Source: Balanoglossus misakiensis
Lineage: Eukaryota; Animalia; Hemichordata
Direction: 5' to 3'
DNA: 64,000 nucleotides
Assembly: GCA_040954595.2 (NCBI GenBank)
Contig: CM082595.2
Span: 62,001 to 126,000 of the forward strand
Made by a program: the position numbers and the translations under genes. Positions 1 to 10,945 of the stretch are shown piece by piece (the first letter of the stretch is position 1; each line of letters starts with the position of its first letter). The notes beneath the pieces are model-generated. The model was given only the letters and a program-made list of their open reading frames with translations. It was not told the origin of the DNA and searched no databases.

Positions 1-165
1 GGCCAGAGAGACGCCCATCCCAGTCGGATCGACAACGTACTCCTCATCCTCGGTAGAATTCGTCTTGTTCGCGACACCTAAAATCTCGGACATGGCAGCC
101 CATGGAGCCGCGACGTCTGTAGCATTCTCCACAAGGCCGTCGGCCATGTTTGGCAATGTCATCAT
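1..165 (-). CDS. 5' end of a probable GPCR or other membrane glycoprotein, running off the left edge of the window
   Basis: The minus-strand frame from ATG 165 (or 147) is open to position 1: MMTLPNMADGLVENATDVAAPWAAMSEILGVANKTNSTEDEEYVVDPTGMGVSLA. It has three N-glycosylation sequons (NAT, NKT, NST) and an acidic stretch, with no signal peptide. A good acceptor (ttttcatttcag) lies at about 296. Not in the ORF track. The GPCR identity is inference. Confidence 0.5.
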   Translation of the reverse strand, partial: MMTLPNMADGLVENATDVAAPWAAMSEILGVANKTNSTEDEEYVVDPTGMGVSLA

Positions 166-3100
166 AATTCAATGTCGCTGACAGCTTTAGGCGTCTGATC
201 GTTGCGATGACGATTCACCGCTTTCTTCAGGACTCGACAACCCGTGTCGCTCTCGTAAAATTATTCCTCAGTGCGCCATCCTTCGTATTGTATCCTGAAA
301 TGAAAAACGCACAATAAACTCATAAAGGGGCACATATAAGTGGTACGTTGTGACCCAGTAAAAATAGCGAATTTACGAGATAAACGGTCCATTAGAGATG
401 TTCTTCAATATCTTTTTGTACACTGAAGCCTAATTTTGTTGTACTTGCCACAGAAGTTTCTGTTTGTGAAGCTTGCTTTTTCATTATTCCTTCAATCGCC
501 TAGTGCTCTGGCCGAGATGTGAGGACGCATCGAAAGCGCCTATGATAAACCATTGCATTGTTGGATGGTACATTCACGACACGATGTTATTTAACTGCCA
601 GGGTTACAGTATAATTGTTGCTTTTCGGAGTAATTGAACTATGTTTGCACGCGGTCTTTTTAAACACATTTCTCACACATCTTGGGTTTAGGGAGAGTTC
701 AAAGGTCAGTCGCATTTCATTACATATTCAAGTATCAGGTTTTGAAAGCGAGGTGTTCTCGTACATAGTACAGGCACACTCTCTCAAAATTACAAAAATG
801 AACTTTGACCCACCACCGATCACCTAGACGTTTTGAATTGCAGCAGTCTCGACTGAACTAATTTATGTTTCGCGCTAATACATTGAGATGCGTGAATATT
901 CATGCACTCGGTTTCGAATGCAGACGCAGGATTTGAGTCTCAATCCGGTTATATTCACTGTTGATCGCGTGGTACCCGGAGTGTTGATTGTTTCTATTGT
1001 CACCTCAACGAACAGAACCAATGCGGCCTGAGGTCTTTCATTAACATGTCTTTGAATTCACTAAGCTCCGTACGCGTGCCAAGGTTTCGGCGCTAAAAAC
1101 CCAACTCGTCTTGCACCATGATAATTTTACCCTCTGCCATTTCAATAGCCCTCGCACATTTTAACCCTTACAGCATAGATGTGCCAATAAACACCTAGGT
1201 CTGTCCAAACCAAAAGTGTGGCAAAACGACTACTTAGAACCATAACTACTGTCTATGTTAGAACCTAGCTTTCTTTGTCCCGTTCATCTTTACATGCCGT
1301 TTTAGCACAAAGACGATCTTTAACAAAGAGGCCACTAGACCCCCGTTTACACGCGTACACCATGTAAAATATCCACTCCTGGAGTCATAAACATACCGTT
1401 GTTTCGATTATAGAAACGACAGGAGGAACCATTGAATGTTCTGTGGCTGTTTTACAATCTCCCTTTTTACATTCATGATGAAACGACGGAAGGGAATGTC
1501 GTGCGTTGACCAGACTGAATGGGGGACACATTCTAATTATGTTATGTCAGCTGCAAAGTGGCTTCAGTGTAATTCTTAAACCACATTTCCGACACGGACA
1601 CAAAATTCATATCTATTGGAAAGTCAATTGATTTTTTAAAGATGAAATGATGGAAAAACTGGGCGATTTAGTGCTCATTTGTTCGTTTATGAATTCGAAA
1701 CACGGATGGGTTTCCAGTGCACGACTCGTCAACCATACTGATTAGACATGGGCAATATGAAAGGTCGCGTGTGTCCCTATAAGTAGACATTAGTAAAGGA
1801 GCTTGTGGATATCTGCTAGGTTGGTCGCTTTTTGTCGGACCGCTACGCGAGCTGTCTCGATGTTGTGTATAAATTCGGGTTCTGTCGAGGCGATGGGTAA
1901 GAAATATACTCCCTTACCTGATGATCCGAGCGTTTGATTTAGAAGTTGCCGGACAGGGCGCATGCCATCACACTACTGTATAAACTCCGTGCAAATGCGG
2001 CGGAGACAAAGACGACTTAAAGACAAAGACACCACCGAAGTCGTTAACGGCGTTAAATTTCGAATTCAAAAGAGACCCACATTCAATGGAAATGAGGAAA
2101 TCTCAACAAATGCAGAACAAAAAAGATTACGTCTCGTGCGTCGGTGTTGTCGGTTCACGAGCGGTGTGTAATAGGATTTGGGCAGGTCGACTTGACGGGT
2201 TGAACCTTCATGAAATTGGGTCCCCTTTTTGCGTGGAATTGTTCATAGAAAAAGACAAGGACAAAGACCGACCGATGTTCGGGGTCACAGGGTGTATGGG
2301 AACGCCGAATGACTTTTCGATCGCGGTACACACGCACAAACCACTTGTTGATCTGTAACTCGAGTAAGCGCAGCTACCATTTCGCGGCAACCCCGATTCC
2401 ATTCGCGCGCGGTAAATAACGCAGGAAAATCTTGTCAAAATGACAGCTTTCTTTCTCAAGGACTACCTTTACAATTTACAAGAAAGGGGCGGAAATTAGT
2501 GGTCGAGGTGAATTTTGAGATCTCTGAATGACTCATGCGGGTCCATTGCACAGTTGTGCTGTCGTCTAGCGAGCACACGGCCAACGGCAGTCACTTCAGC
2601 TAGTTTTGTTGAGTACCTGAGGTCAATCGTCAGCACATCGATGTTACACTGAGAATCCTAACCCAGTCCATTTTAATAATACAAATGGGGGAGAGGGCTA
2701 CCAATACAGCAAGTACAGGTGTTTTTTACGAGGTACGTGATGATGGTGAAGACGACGTCTCGGCCAGAAGTTGCAAATCACGCTCTGTAAGTCGCCAGTG
2801 TCGCATGATTGATTTCGTTCCCATCAAACTATCCAGTTGACATTTTAGAAGATTCGATTCCCCCTTCTAGCTCCACGGGTACTCCCACCTGCTTCATGGG
2901 GATGACACTAGTATGTATAGATGTAGCAGTACAAGAGTACTCAATTGTAAACATACAAACAAACATTTAAGTTAGTAAAATTAGGCAGCCTAGACGCTGG
3001 CGAATTTCCCCCTTTCCGACGAAAAGAGAAATTTACAGGCTAACATCGGCGCATGTTAGTGTCTGATCCCAACCCGTTCAGATACATGACCCCGAGTGTT

Positions 3101-3357
3101 CGAAAGTACATTGGAAACGTCATCCTATAGCAGATGTCATCATTATCAATGTAGTAGCTCCATCGTCTTACTTACATATTTCGCGTGTCGTTGTATCGTG
3201 AGAACGGTTCTTCTTTTGCCGCAGCAACATTACGACCTCACGCGGTAACTGTCGGACATGTAACCCACTTTCTTGTCTTTCCTCGATAAAACAAAGACAT
3301 GATAGCAATGTATATTAGGAGAATAGTTAGGGGACAGTTTGCGGTCAACGACGAAGT

Positions 3358-3956
3358 TGAACGCCCGCACCTTCCATCGTTGCTGTCTTTGCACACACCC
3401 CTTGGGTGGCGTGACATCAGACACAGAGATATCGACTGAATTAAACGACGCACACAAAACCGATCCGCAAATCCTCCGTATTAAAGTTTTATGCGTGAAT
3501 GGGTAATCGACGTGGGAGTACATGCAAAGATCAGTAAAGTATGGACAACCATGGGCATGTTTTGTATGCAAGAAACAACAACAGCAGTAAAAGTTTTCGA
3601 AACCTTTTTTTCTAATTAGGGAATTTCAGTGGAAACTTTTACAGTACAATTTTTAAAGATGAATGTTCCAAGGGGACACCATTGATTGACACATTAAAAA
3701 CATTTTACCCAATTATCCAACTACAACAAAGAATTTAATTGCCTCTTTGTTTAATTCCAGATGCGTTTATACACGCTGATTAATATTTATGAGTTGCAAA
3801 GACATGCGGGACTCTGTTGAGAAGGACGCAAAAACCTAAGATTTTCGATACAGAGTATGTGTGCGTCGTTTAATTCAGTCGATATCTCTGTGTCTGATGT
3901 CACGCCACCCAAGGGGTGTGTGCAAAGACAGCGACGATGGAAGGTGCGGGCGTTCA
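3358..3956. repeat. Long inverted repeat: 99-bp arms (3358-3456 and 3858-3956) around a 401-bp spacer; foldback/MITE-like
   Basis: The arms are reverse complements with one mismatch seen. They give the duplicated peptide CASFNSVDISVSDVTPPKGCVQRQ in ORFs on opposite strands. No target-site duplication (TSD) found. Confidence 0.85.
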
Positions 3957-4266
3957 GTCTATGGTTGAAGAAGTTGAAATGGTCAGGCGCTGTTACCGTA
4001 AATCTTTTTTTCCGCTGTTTTCACGTCAGCATTCAAGTTGTCTTGCGTGAACTCTCATTACACTACGTCTACGAGACCAAAACACAAATGAAATTCCAGA
4101 ATGGAAAAACGCTACAGAGACGTCCTCGGTAGGAATATGATTTCATATCGATTAGGTCAAGTGTTTTTTTAACATTCAAATCTATATGGGATAGGAGGGT
4201 AGGGAAAACTGTTGGGAGGCGACGGTTCGAAATTGGCAAAAATGTCATGTTTCCACTAAGAACACT

Positions 4267-4920
4267 TCAAGATTGTCCTTTTTCGGTAAATCTGATGACG
4301 CAGTGAAGAATATCTCTGTCCTCTCTCCTGACAGCGAAGTACAACTCCAGAGGTCGCTCCTCTCTCTCCCACGAAATTACTTCCAAGCGTTGCCCGGCTA
4401 TACCCTCGCCAAGATGGACCATCGAAAATGAGCTTACTCGGTAAAACCCCACGTCACTTTTAATTTGCGAATATGCATGGTTGCGGGCCCCGAAAGCTGC
4501 ACAGCTCATGCAGTATTTAATGAAATTTGCCTGGTTGATGTGGAAATTTGCATCCATGTCGCTTGGTGGCGCTAAGAGGCGATATGTGTATGCAATCTTT
4601 GTGGGCGTGTCTTCAAACGCATCCATGAACTTGGGACGTTCACCGGTTTCAAATGGTTTGATTTTCTCATAGACGTTTCTGGGGATTGCCGAAGGTTTTC
4701 TTATATTTCTGTTCACTTCAACTGACAGTTTAGAACACTCGTACAACAAGTCATTCGTTTCGTGTAGTCTGACTGAGTCGATCAGGCATCTCGACGTTCG
4801 GCCAACGTAGCCTGTGCGCACAGTAGACACAAGCTTCGAGTTCAGCTTCACTTTCGAATACAACGCCGGAAACAAGGTCATCTCGACGGCTTTCACGAAA
4901 GACGTTATTTGCTCGGCCAT
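4267..4920 (-). CDS. Hotdog-fold acyl-ACP/acyl-CoA thioesterase-like protein, intronless as seen (217 aa; N-terminus may be incomplete)
   Basis: SDMDANFHINQANF matches the D-x-D-x-N-x-H-x-N motif of acyl-ACP/4HBT-type thioesterases. VRTGYVGRTS resembles the hotdog-fold G-R-T-S strand. Confidence 0.65.
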   Translation of the reverse strand: MAEQITSFVKAVEMTLFPALYSKVKLNSKLVSTVRTGYVGRTSRCLIDSVRLHETNDLLYECSKLSVEVNRNIRKPSAIPRNVYEKIKPFETGERPKFMDAFEDTPTKIAYTYRLLAPPSDMDANFHINQANFIKYCMSCAAFGARNHAYSQIKSDVGFYRVSSFSMVHLGEGIAGQRLEVISWEREERPLELYFAVRREDRDILHCVIRFTEKGQS

Positions 4921-5463
4921 ACGTTCTTTGAACCCTGCATTTCGTATTGTCGACGAATTCTTTTCGTTAGTGAGGCGTTGAACTACATTTTTGATTTCTT
5001 CGAGTCAATTTTGGTGCAACATTGAGGACGCCAGTGATGGTCGGTGCTGTTGAATATTCATGCACTAAATCTTTAAGACAGCATCAAGGAGTATTGCAAG
5101 TTATAAACATGTAATGACTTTCATCGTCATTACATGTATATTTCGTCGTTATCTGACATTTATTCGCACCACAACCACGCTTACCACATGACGTGTGAAT
5201 AGCGCCCCCCCCCCCCCCTCGTCGAGTAGCGATTGTACGCAGTTGCCGTGGCCCAGTAGAAATGAGAAAGGGGAAGTACTGGGAGAGGAGGTGATGAGAT
5301 AGACAGACAGACAGACAGTAAATGAAAGATCATTCCAACAATAAAGCACTATAAAGCACTTCTTGGAACTCATTGCATTTCAGTCATTTTTTCTACCATA
5401 TTTAGACCAATCTACATGTACGTTTCACTACAAGGGTTACACACAATCACATGACCGCTGTCA

Positions 5464-6774
5464 TTAAAGTTCCATCCAAGGAAACGTGTGATTAATCAAT
5501 CTGGCCAACTCTCTGTTGTATGGTCTGTAGAAATCGTAAAGTTTGGTTTCCAGTTCATGACTCAATACTGGTTTCGGTATCGTATGTGGCGAGCTAAACT
5601 GACACGAGGGCTCTGGTAAAGCAAGGCAGTATACGCCATATTTGGAGTTGAACTGGAAATGGTTTTCTGTGAAATATGGTTCTAGTCCCAAAAAGTTTTC
5701 TACAAGTTTCATCTGTTTTACAGGTGACTTCGACAGCTGTCCTCCGTCAAGGACCAATATTTGCTCCAAGGGAAAATAGGCGATCCACTTTTCCAAATGC
5801 TCAACGTACTTCCCGATGTTGATAATTTCTGTGTCGCCATTGACTTCGCCGTTTTCTCTCAGGACTGTCTTTTCAAATGTCGTTGTTACAATTGGTCCAC
5901 GCCCAAAGTTCAAGCGGGTGTGGTCCTTTTCGCCTTTAAGTCGCCTCGCTCTCATCCGCTCAGCTATGTGATGATAATCCGACACAGCTCTCTTCACAGG
6001 GTCCCGAACGAGGACGATGATTTTCACCTCTGGCGAGATGTCCGTCTTTATGCGGCGCGGCACTTCCGCGGTTATTAGGTATCGCGGAGTTTTCTCAAAC
6101 ACCTGTTGGCTTTTGGTCGAGTACTGCATCCGCGACCTGTAGTAGTCAATGCCTCGGTCATATGTCCAGTCGAAGAAGTGGACCTCGTTTCCAAGGGAAC
6201 ATGCGACGCCGGGATGAGATCGAAGAAAAAGCCCAAGGGCAGTGGTGCCTGCTTTCTTTGCTCCAACGTTAATGACCGTTGGCAGTCGCTTTTGATAGCC
6301 GAGGTCAGCCAACACGGAGAAATACACTTCCCTTTGTGCGGCGGCAGACAAATCCATGAAGTTGTGAGTTGTCGCCAGAGGTACGGATGACTTTGAAGCA
6401 TAATCTTTCCCGACAAAAAGAATAGTTTCCATAACGCGACGGTGAGCATCATCCGGGACCTCACGCAACTTTCGTCGCAGCAGTTTTTTACCCGAACTCG
6501 ATCTCAGCATCGACTGATAAAATTTCAGTTCTTTTTTAGGAATGACGGAACCTTTATCAATACTTCCCGCCTTTCCGACAAATGATGTGATATTTCGACC
6601 GTGTATCAGATTAAACATATTGGTCATTCTTTGCGAAGCCTGTTTGGGAACAGCGAACGATTTTAACTTCAGTGAGATGAAGTCGGAAAGTGTATAGGAC
6701 ATTAGAAATACCAGCATTGTGCCTATCAGCAGGCAAAGAACACAGGCCTTTTTCGGGTGTGCAGTGAAGACCAT
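5464..6774 (-). CDS. HS3ST: Heparan sulfate glucosamine 3-O-sulfotransferase-like (HS3ST family), single coding exon, about 436 aa from ATG 6774
   Basis: 5'-PSB loop LPTVINVGAKKAGTTAL, EVHFFD, FEKTPRY, 3'-PB motif VLVRDPVKRAVSDY, and C-terminal LYDFYRPYN. N-terminal hydrophobic signal anchor (ACVLCLLIGTMLVFLMSY), as in Golgi type II enzymes. Confidence 0.9.
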   Translation of the reverse strand: MVFTAHPKKACVLCLLIGTMLVFLMSYTLSDFISLKLKSFAVPKQASQRMTNMFNLIHGRNITSFVGKAGSIDKGSVIPKKELKFYQSMLRSSSGKKLLRRKLREVPDDAHRRVMETILFVGKDYASKSSVPLATTHNFMDLSAAAQREVYFSVLADLGYQKRLPTVINVGAKKAGTTALGLFLRSHPGVACSLGNEVHFFDWTYDRGIDYYRSRMQYSTKSQQVFEKTPRYLITAEVPRRIKTDISPEVKIIVLVRDPVKRAVSDYHHIAERMRARRLKGEKDHTRLNFGRGPIVTTTFEKTVLRENGEVNGDTEIINIGKYVEHLEKWIAYFPLEQILVLDGGQLSKSPVKQMKLVENFLGLEPYFTENHFQFNSKYGVYCLALPEPSCQFSSPHTIPKPVLSHELETKLYDFYRPYNRELARLINHTFPWMEL

Positions 6775-9537
6775 CTTGTTGAAGAAGCGACTCGAAGAAT
6801 TCAAATCTCTGTGACAACCTCCGAAGGCCCAGGGAAAGTCAACACAATAATAGGGCGCGGCAATACACAACCATATGATATGATCGCTTCCGGTTTATGT
6901 CATATTCCACGTCGACAGATGCGAATGCGTTGTCCTGGATACGACGTGGTTGAACGCAAACCTGTACAAATTAAGCCTTGTCTTCGACCGGCAATCACCG
7001 GCCAGACTCTTCACTCCTTGGTGCGCGAAATGAAAGAAATCCAACAACTGAAGCCATGTACGATCGACACTGAGCGACGTGCACCAACGACTTGCAATAC
7101 GCCGGGTGAACTTACATTGAACACGGTCGACCGAAGCTGTAATTGACGCCAGACGATGGCTTCTCACAGCAGGTGTACATCAGGCAAAGTTTTATTTGGA
7201 AACGGGTGGTTTTAACATGCTCATTCCTTTACCCATCTCCAAACGACCTTTAAACTAATCGCATTCCAAGGTCAGTGCACGTTTCATTGTCGTGAAAAAC
7301 AAGCCTCTTTTACGGCAACTGCTTTCGTTTACGGAAGAGAAGCGAAATGTACACGTTTTAGTAATCTTTCCTCTGATTGGCCATCCAAGCGCTAAAATAC
7401 CATGTTTCGCATATTAAACAGCAATGTTTTTGTTAATGCTTCGCTGTGCCACCGAACGTGCTCTGAGTGAGTTGCACCACAATGAAATGGCTGTTAGAAC
7501 AGCTTCATATTCAGTCTTGGTGCTCTTGCAAACAATATCATGGCGCCATGTTTAGCCTACATTTAGGTCAAATAGTGGTTTGGGTGAATGGATCTATCTC
7601 AATATGAATAGTGTGGATAGTGTTACTGGGATTTTTGAGCAAGATCGAAGTCGTCAATCAGTTGATATTGTTGATCAGAGTCATATTGTGTGAGATACAC
7701 GTTTTGTGGGAAACTCAAAGTAGGCCTACATCACTATATTATGGTGTACTACAATTGTATGTCGAAACTCCGTACAGGCTACATGGAAATCATGACGCAT
7801 GACAGTAATGTAATATATTCAGTTTATAACAACATGTGAATTATAGAAACCAATAGCTATAAGCTTTTTTAAAAAGGGAATATGTTAGCGTACTAAAATA
7901 CATATAAGTCACTGTACTAAATTATAAAAATATCAATTGTAAGATACATGAATACCTAAATTATGATGTTGCATGTAAGATATCTACACAAATTGAGAAG
8001 GGATCATATTTCCACACATGTAGCATCGGGTCTGACTACAATTGTTCACAAAATTGCTGCAATTACATTCACAATTAACATAATGGTGTTTGACGTCACC
8101 ACTCTACTAATTGGCCATTCCCCTGTCTCAAACATTATAGCCTGTATTACTTTTGACAAATTGCGTGTATACATCTGTCCTATGTAGTTTGTACTCTTGA
8201 TTTGTTAAAACAATATATACACCAATAGTTGATTTAAACATTGTTCTGCTATGTTGGTGGCGCACTGAGTCAATTGTACCAACAAAGTACATGCATTAAA
8301 CTTCCGGATCCAGTGCCCTTCAGTATGGATGACGACTACAAAAATATCTGTGTGTTTTTTAGCTCTGAATCAGATTATCGGTTCGTTGACAGCAAGGGTC
8401 ATATTGGCATAAGTTTTAAAGCCAACTTGGTTAAAATCCCTTGGTTTTGCATGTAATTTTTACTCTTGACCACAAATTGAACTTTACTTAACCCCTTACA
8501 CTCCATGGATTGCATATATAGTAAGGGAGTCTTCAGTATTTACAGGGGGGGGGGGGGATGGGCCGGGGGAATCATGGGGTGCGTAACTTTTAACGGCTGA
8601 AAATTCCTGAATACAAAATCACCGATCAGTGTTCTCCCCAGGAATTTCTAATAGCATAACTGCTTATATCCATAACAATATAAAAATAGCGTCAAGGACA
8701 CTTGGTGCTCTCTCAGTGTGTAGTGGATGATGAGCAGCATGTTTGGAGAACAGTGGTTTGGTATATGGGTGAAAGGAACAATTTGCAAATACCAAGGTGA
8801 AATGCTTAACTGTTTTGCTCATGTAATATTGAATGAAGCTTGATAAGGTGGGTGCTTGGCAGGAGGAAAAACCACTTGTCAAGGGCTCTAATAACTGTTT
8901 TAAATTTAGTCTTAAAAATGGCCCGCACACACAAATTGCCTCACACAAATATATTCTGTCATTTCCCTCTCAGATTGGGTATCTTATGTTATACTGATGG
9001 AATTCATTGTGTATTGTTATATCAAATTGCACCTGTGCAAGCTATGAGAAATGTATTTGAAAAATAACAGTGCAAGTAGAAGTACTAGTTTTAAAGTGAA
9101 AGAAATACATTTTGAAAAGAAATATCAGACAGCATTCAAGATCAGCTGAAGTGTTTTGATAAAAGTTCTCCATTTTCAAGTATATAATGTCATGTGCTGA
9201 CTATAGTAGTGTAGGTGGTAGCAAAAAAAATACATGAATTGTTCAAACAGAAAGTTCAATCATTTAGTTTCCCCAGTTTATGGGAGCATAGCAGTTGTGA
9301 ACATAGTATATGAAATAAATTAAAATAGTCATTGCTCTCTGGTCCATCATTTTCAGTAGAAGTGACCTGATTCACAGCAATAGTTTACCACCCGTCATTC
9401 AAAACTCCTATACAACATAATGACATTTCTAGAACCTTTTTTTGCTGGTTGGGCCCACAGACTAACACTAGTGGTTCTAAAAAGAAGCTTCTATAACAAC
9501 CTGTTCACTTGATGCGTTCAAGTCAAGGCAGACATAA

Positions 9538-9722
9538 CCGCCGCCACCACCAAAACCACCAACACCACCACCCACGCCGCCGCCACCAAAACCACCAACA
9601 CCACCACCCACGCCGCCGCCACCAAAACCACCAACACCACCACCCACGCCGCCGCCACCACACTAAAACCTCCACCACCACAACCACCACCGCCGCCATC
9701 ATCAACATCAGCATCATCATCA
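9538..9722. repeat. 36-bp tandem repeat (~3 copies) followed by CAC/CAT-type low-complexity sequence
   Basis: Unit ccgccgccaccaaaaccaccaacaccaccacccacg is repeated. It explains the low-complexity ORFs at 9509-9739. Confidence 0.85.
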
Positions 9723-10294
9723 TGGAACAAAAGTAACATCTTCTGGCATGTTAAATACTTTCACCCCAAGTTGCCCGAGTAGAGGTCCAACTTTAGATTA
9801 AAGACAAATCATTGTGGTGAAATAGTTAATGGTTAAGACCACTTGCTATATGTTGATAGCACACACAATACATCAGTGTACAATGTACTGTATATCATGG
9901 TGCAAAATGTCCTAAAGTGGTGGGATGGGGTCAGGTTTACGATGTCAGACAAGGGGAAGGGTCACATTTTTGAAGGGAGACTATGGGGAAGGGACACATT
10001 TTACCTTTCTGTATTACTGCAAATATGTTCCATGAATAAAAATCAAACAATTTACCAAAATGTTTCTGGGAAATGCTAGTGTCACCACAATATTAGATTT
10101 ATTCTAACAAACCATTTATGAGCTTTGATCTCTTAAATTGTTCCCCAAGCTTAAGCAGATTTAAACCTCCAAATGACTGAAATAGCAAGTTTATTAGTTC
10201 ATATATGGCCAAAAAATGGCCAAAAACACTTATGTGTATGCTGGCAGCCTTATTCTATTTATCTGGGTACATTAATAACCAGTAATAAAATTAA

Positions 10295-10945
10295 GTCATG
10301 CTCTCTCCTAGTTCTGTACTATGACTTACAATAAAATGTCATGCCTTCCCCTAGTTCATAAATGCCAATAACATGCTTTGCCCTTCCCTAGATGTTTTAT
10401 AACTGACAAAAGATGTCAAGCCCTCCCCTAGTACTTTGACTAACAAATATATGTCATAACCTCCCTAGATCTGTATATTGACTGGCAATATGTCATGCCC
10501 TCCCTTAGTTGTATTTTTTATGACTGACAATAAAATGTCAAGACCTCCCCTAGTTCTGTACTTTGACTAACAAATATACCATGCCCTCCCCTAGATGTGA
10601 ATTATGACTGACAATATAATGTCATGCCCTCCCCTTGATCTATTTTATGACTGACAATAAAATGTCAAGACCTCCCCTAGTTCTGTATTTTGACTAACCA
10701 ATATATGACATTCCCTCCCCTCCCCTAAATCTGTACAATGACTGGCAATATGTCAAGCCCTCCCTTTGTTCTGTACTTTGACAATTATCTGTCATACCCT
10801 CCCCTAGTTCCATTTTATGACTCACAAAATAAAATGTCATACCCTTCTCCAGTTTTGACTACGATATACAATAAAATGTCATGCCCTCACCTAGTTTTGT
10901 ATTTTGACTGACAATAAAATGTTTATGCCCCCAAGTTCTGTACTA
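10295..10945. repeat. Degenerate ~40-bp minisatellite (core atgtcatgccctcccctagttctgta)
   Basis: More than a dozen diverged copies of the catgccctcccctag core. The same array recurs at 51563-51660 and about 52760-53220. Confidence 0.85.

Noticed and set aside
6775-6870. N-terminal extension of the sulfotransferase in the ORF track
   Set aside because: It begins at a non-ATG codon. ATG 6774 directly precedes the signal anchor.
9509-9739. His/Arg-rich and Trp-rich ORFs
   Set aside because: Products of a 36-bp repeat and trinucleotide low-complexity sequence, with no splice or domain support.
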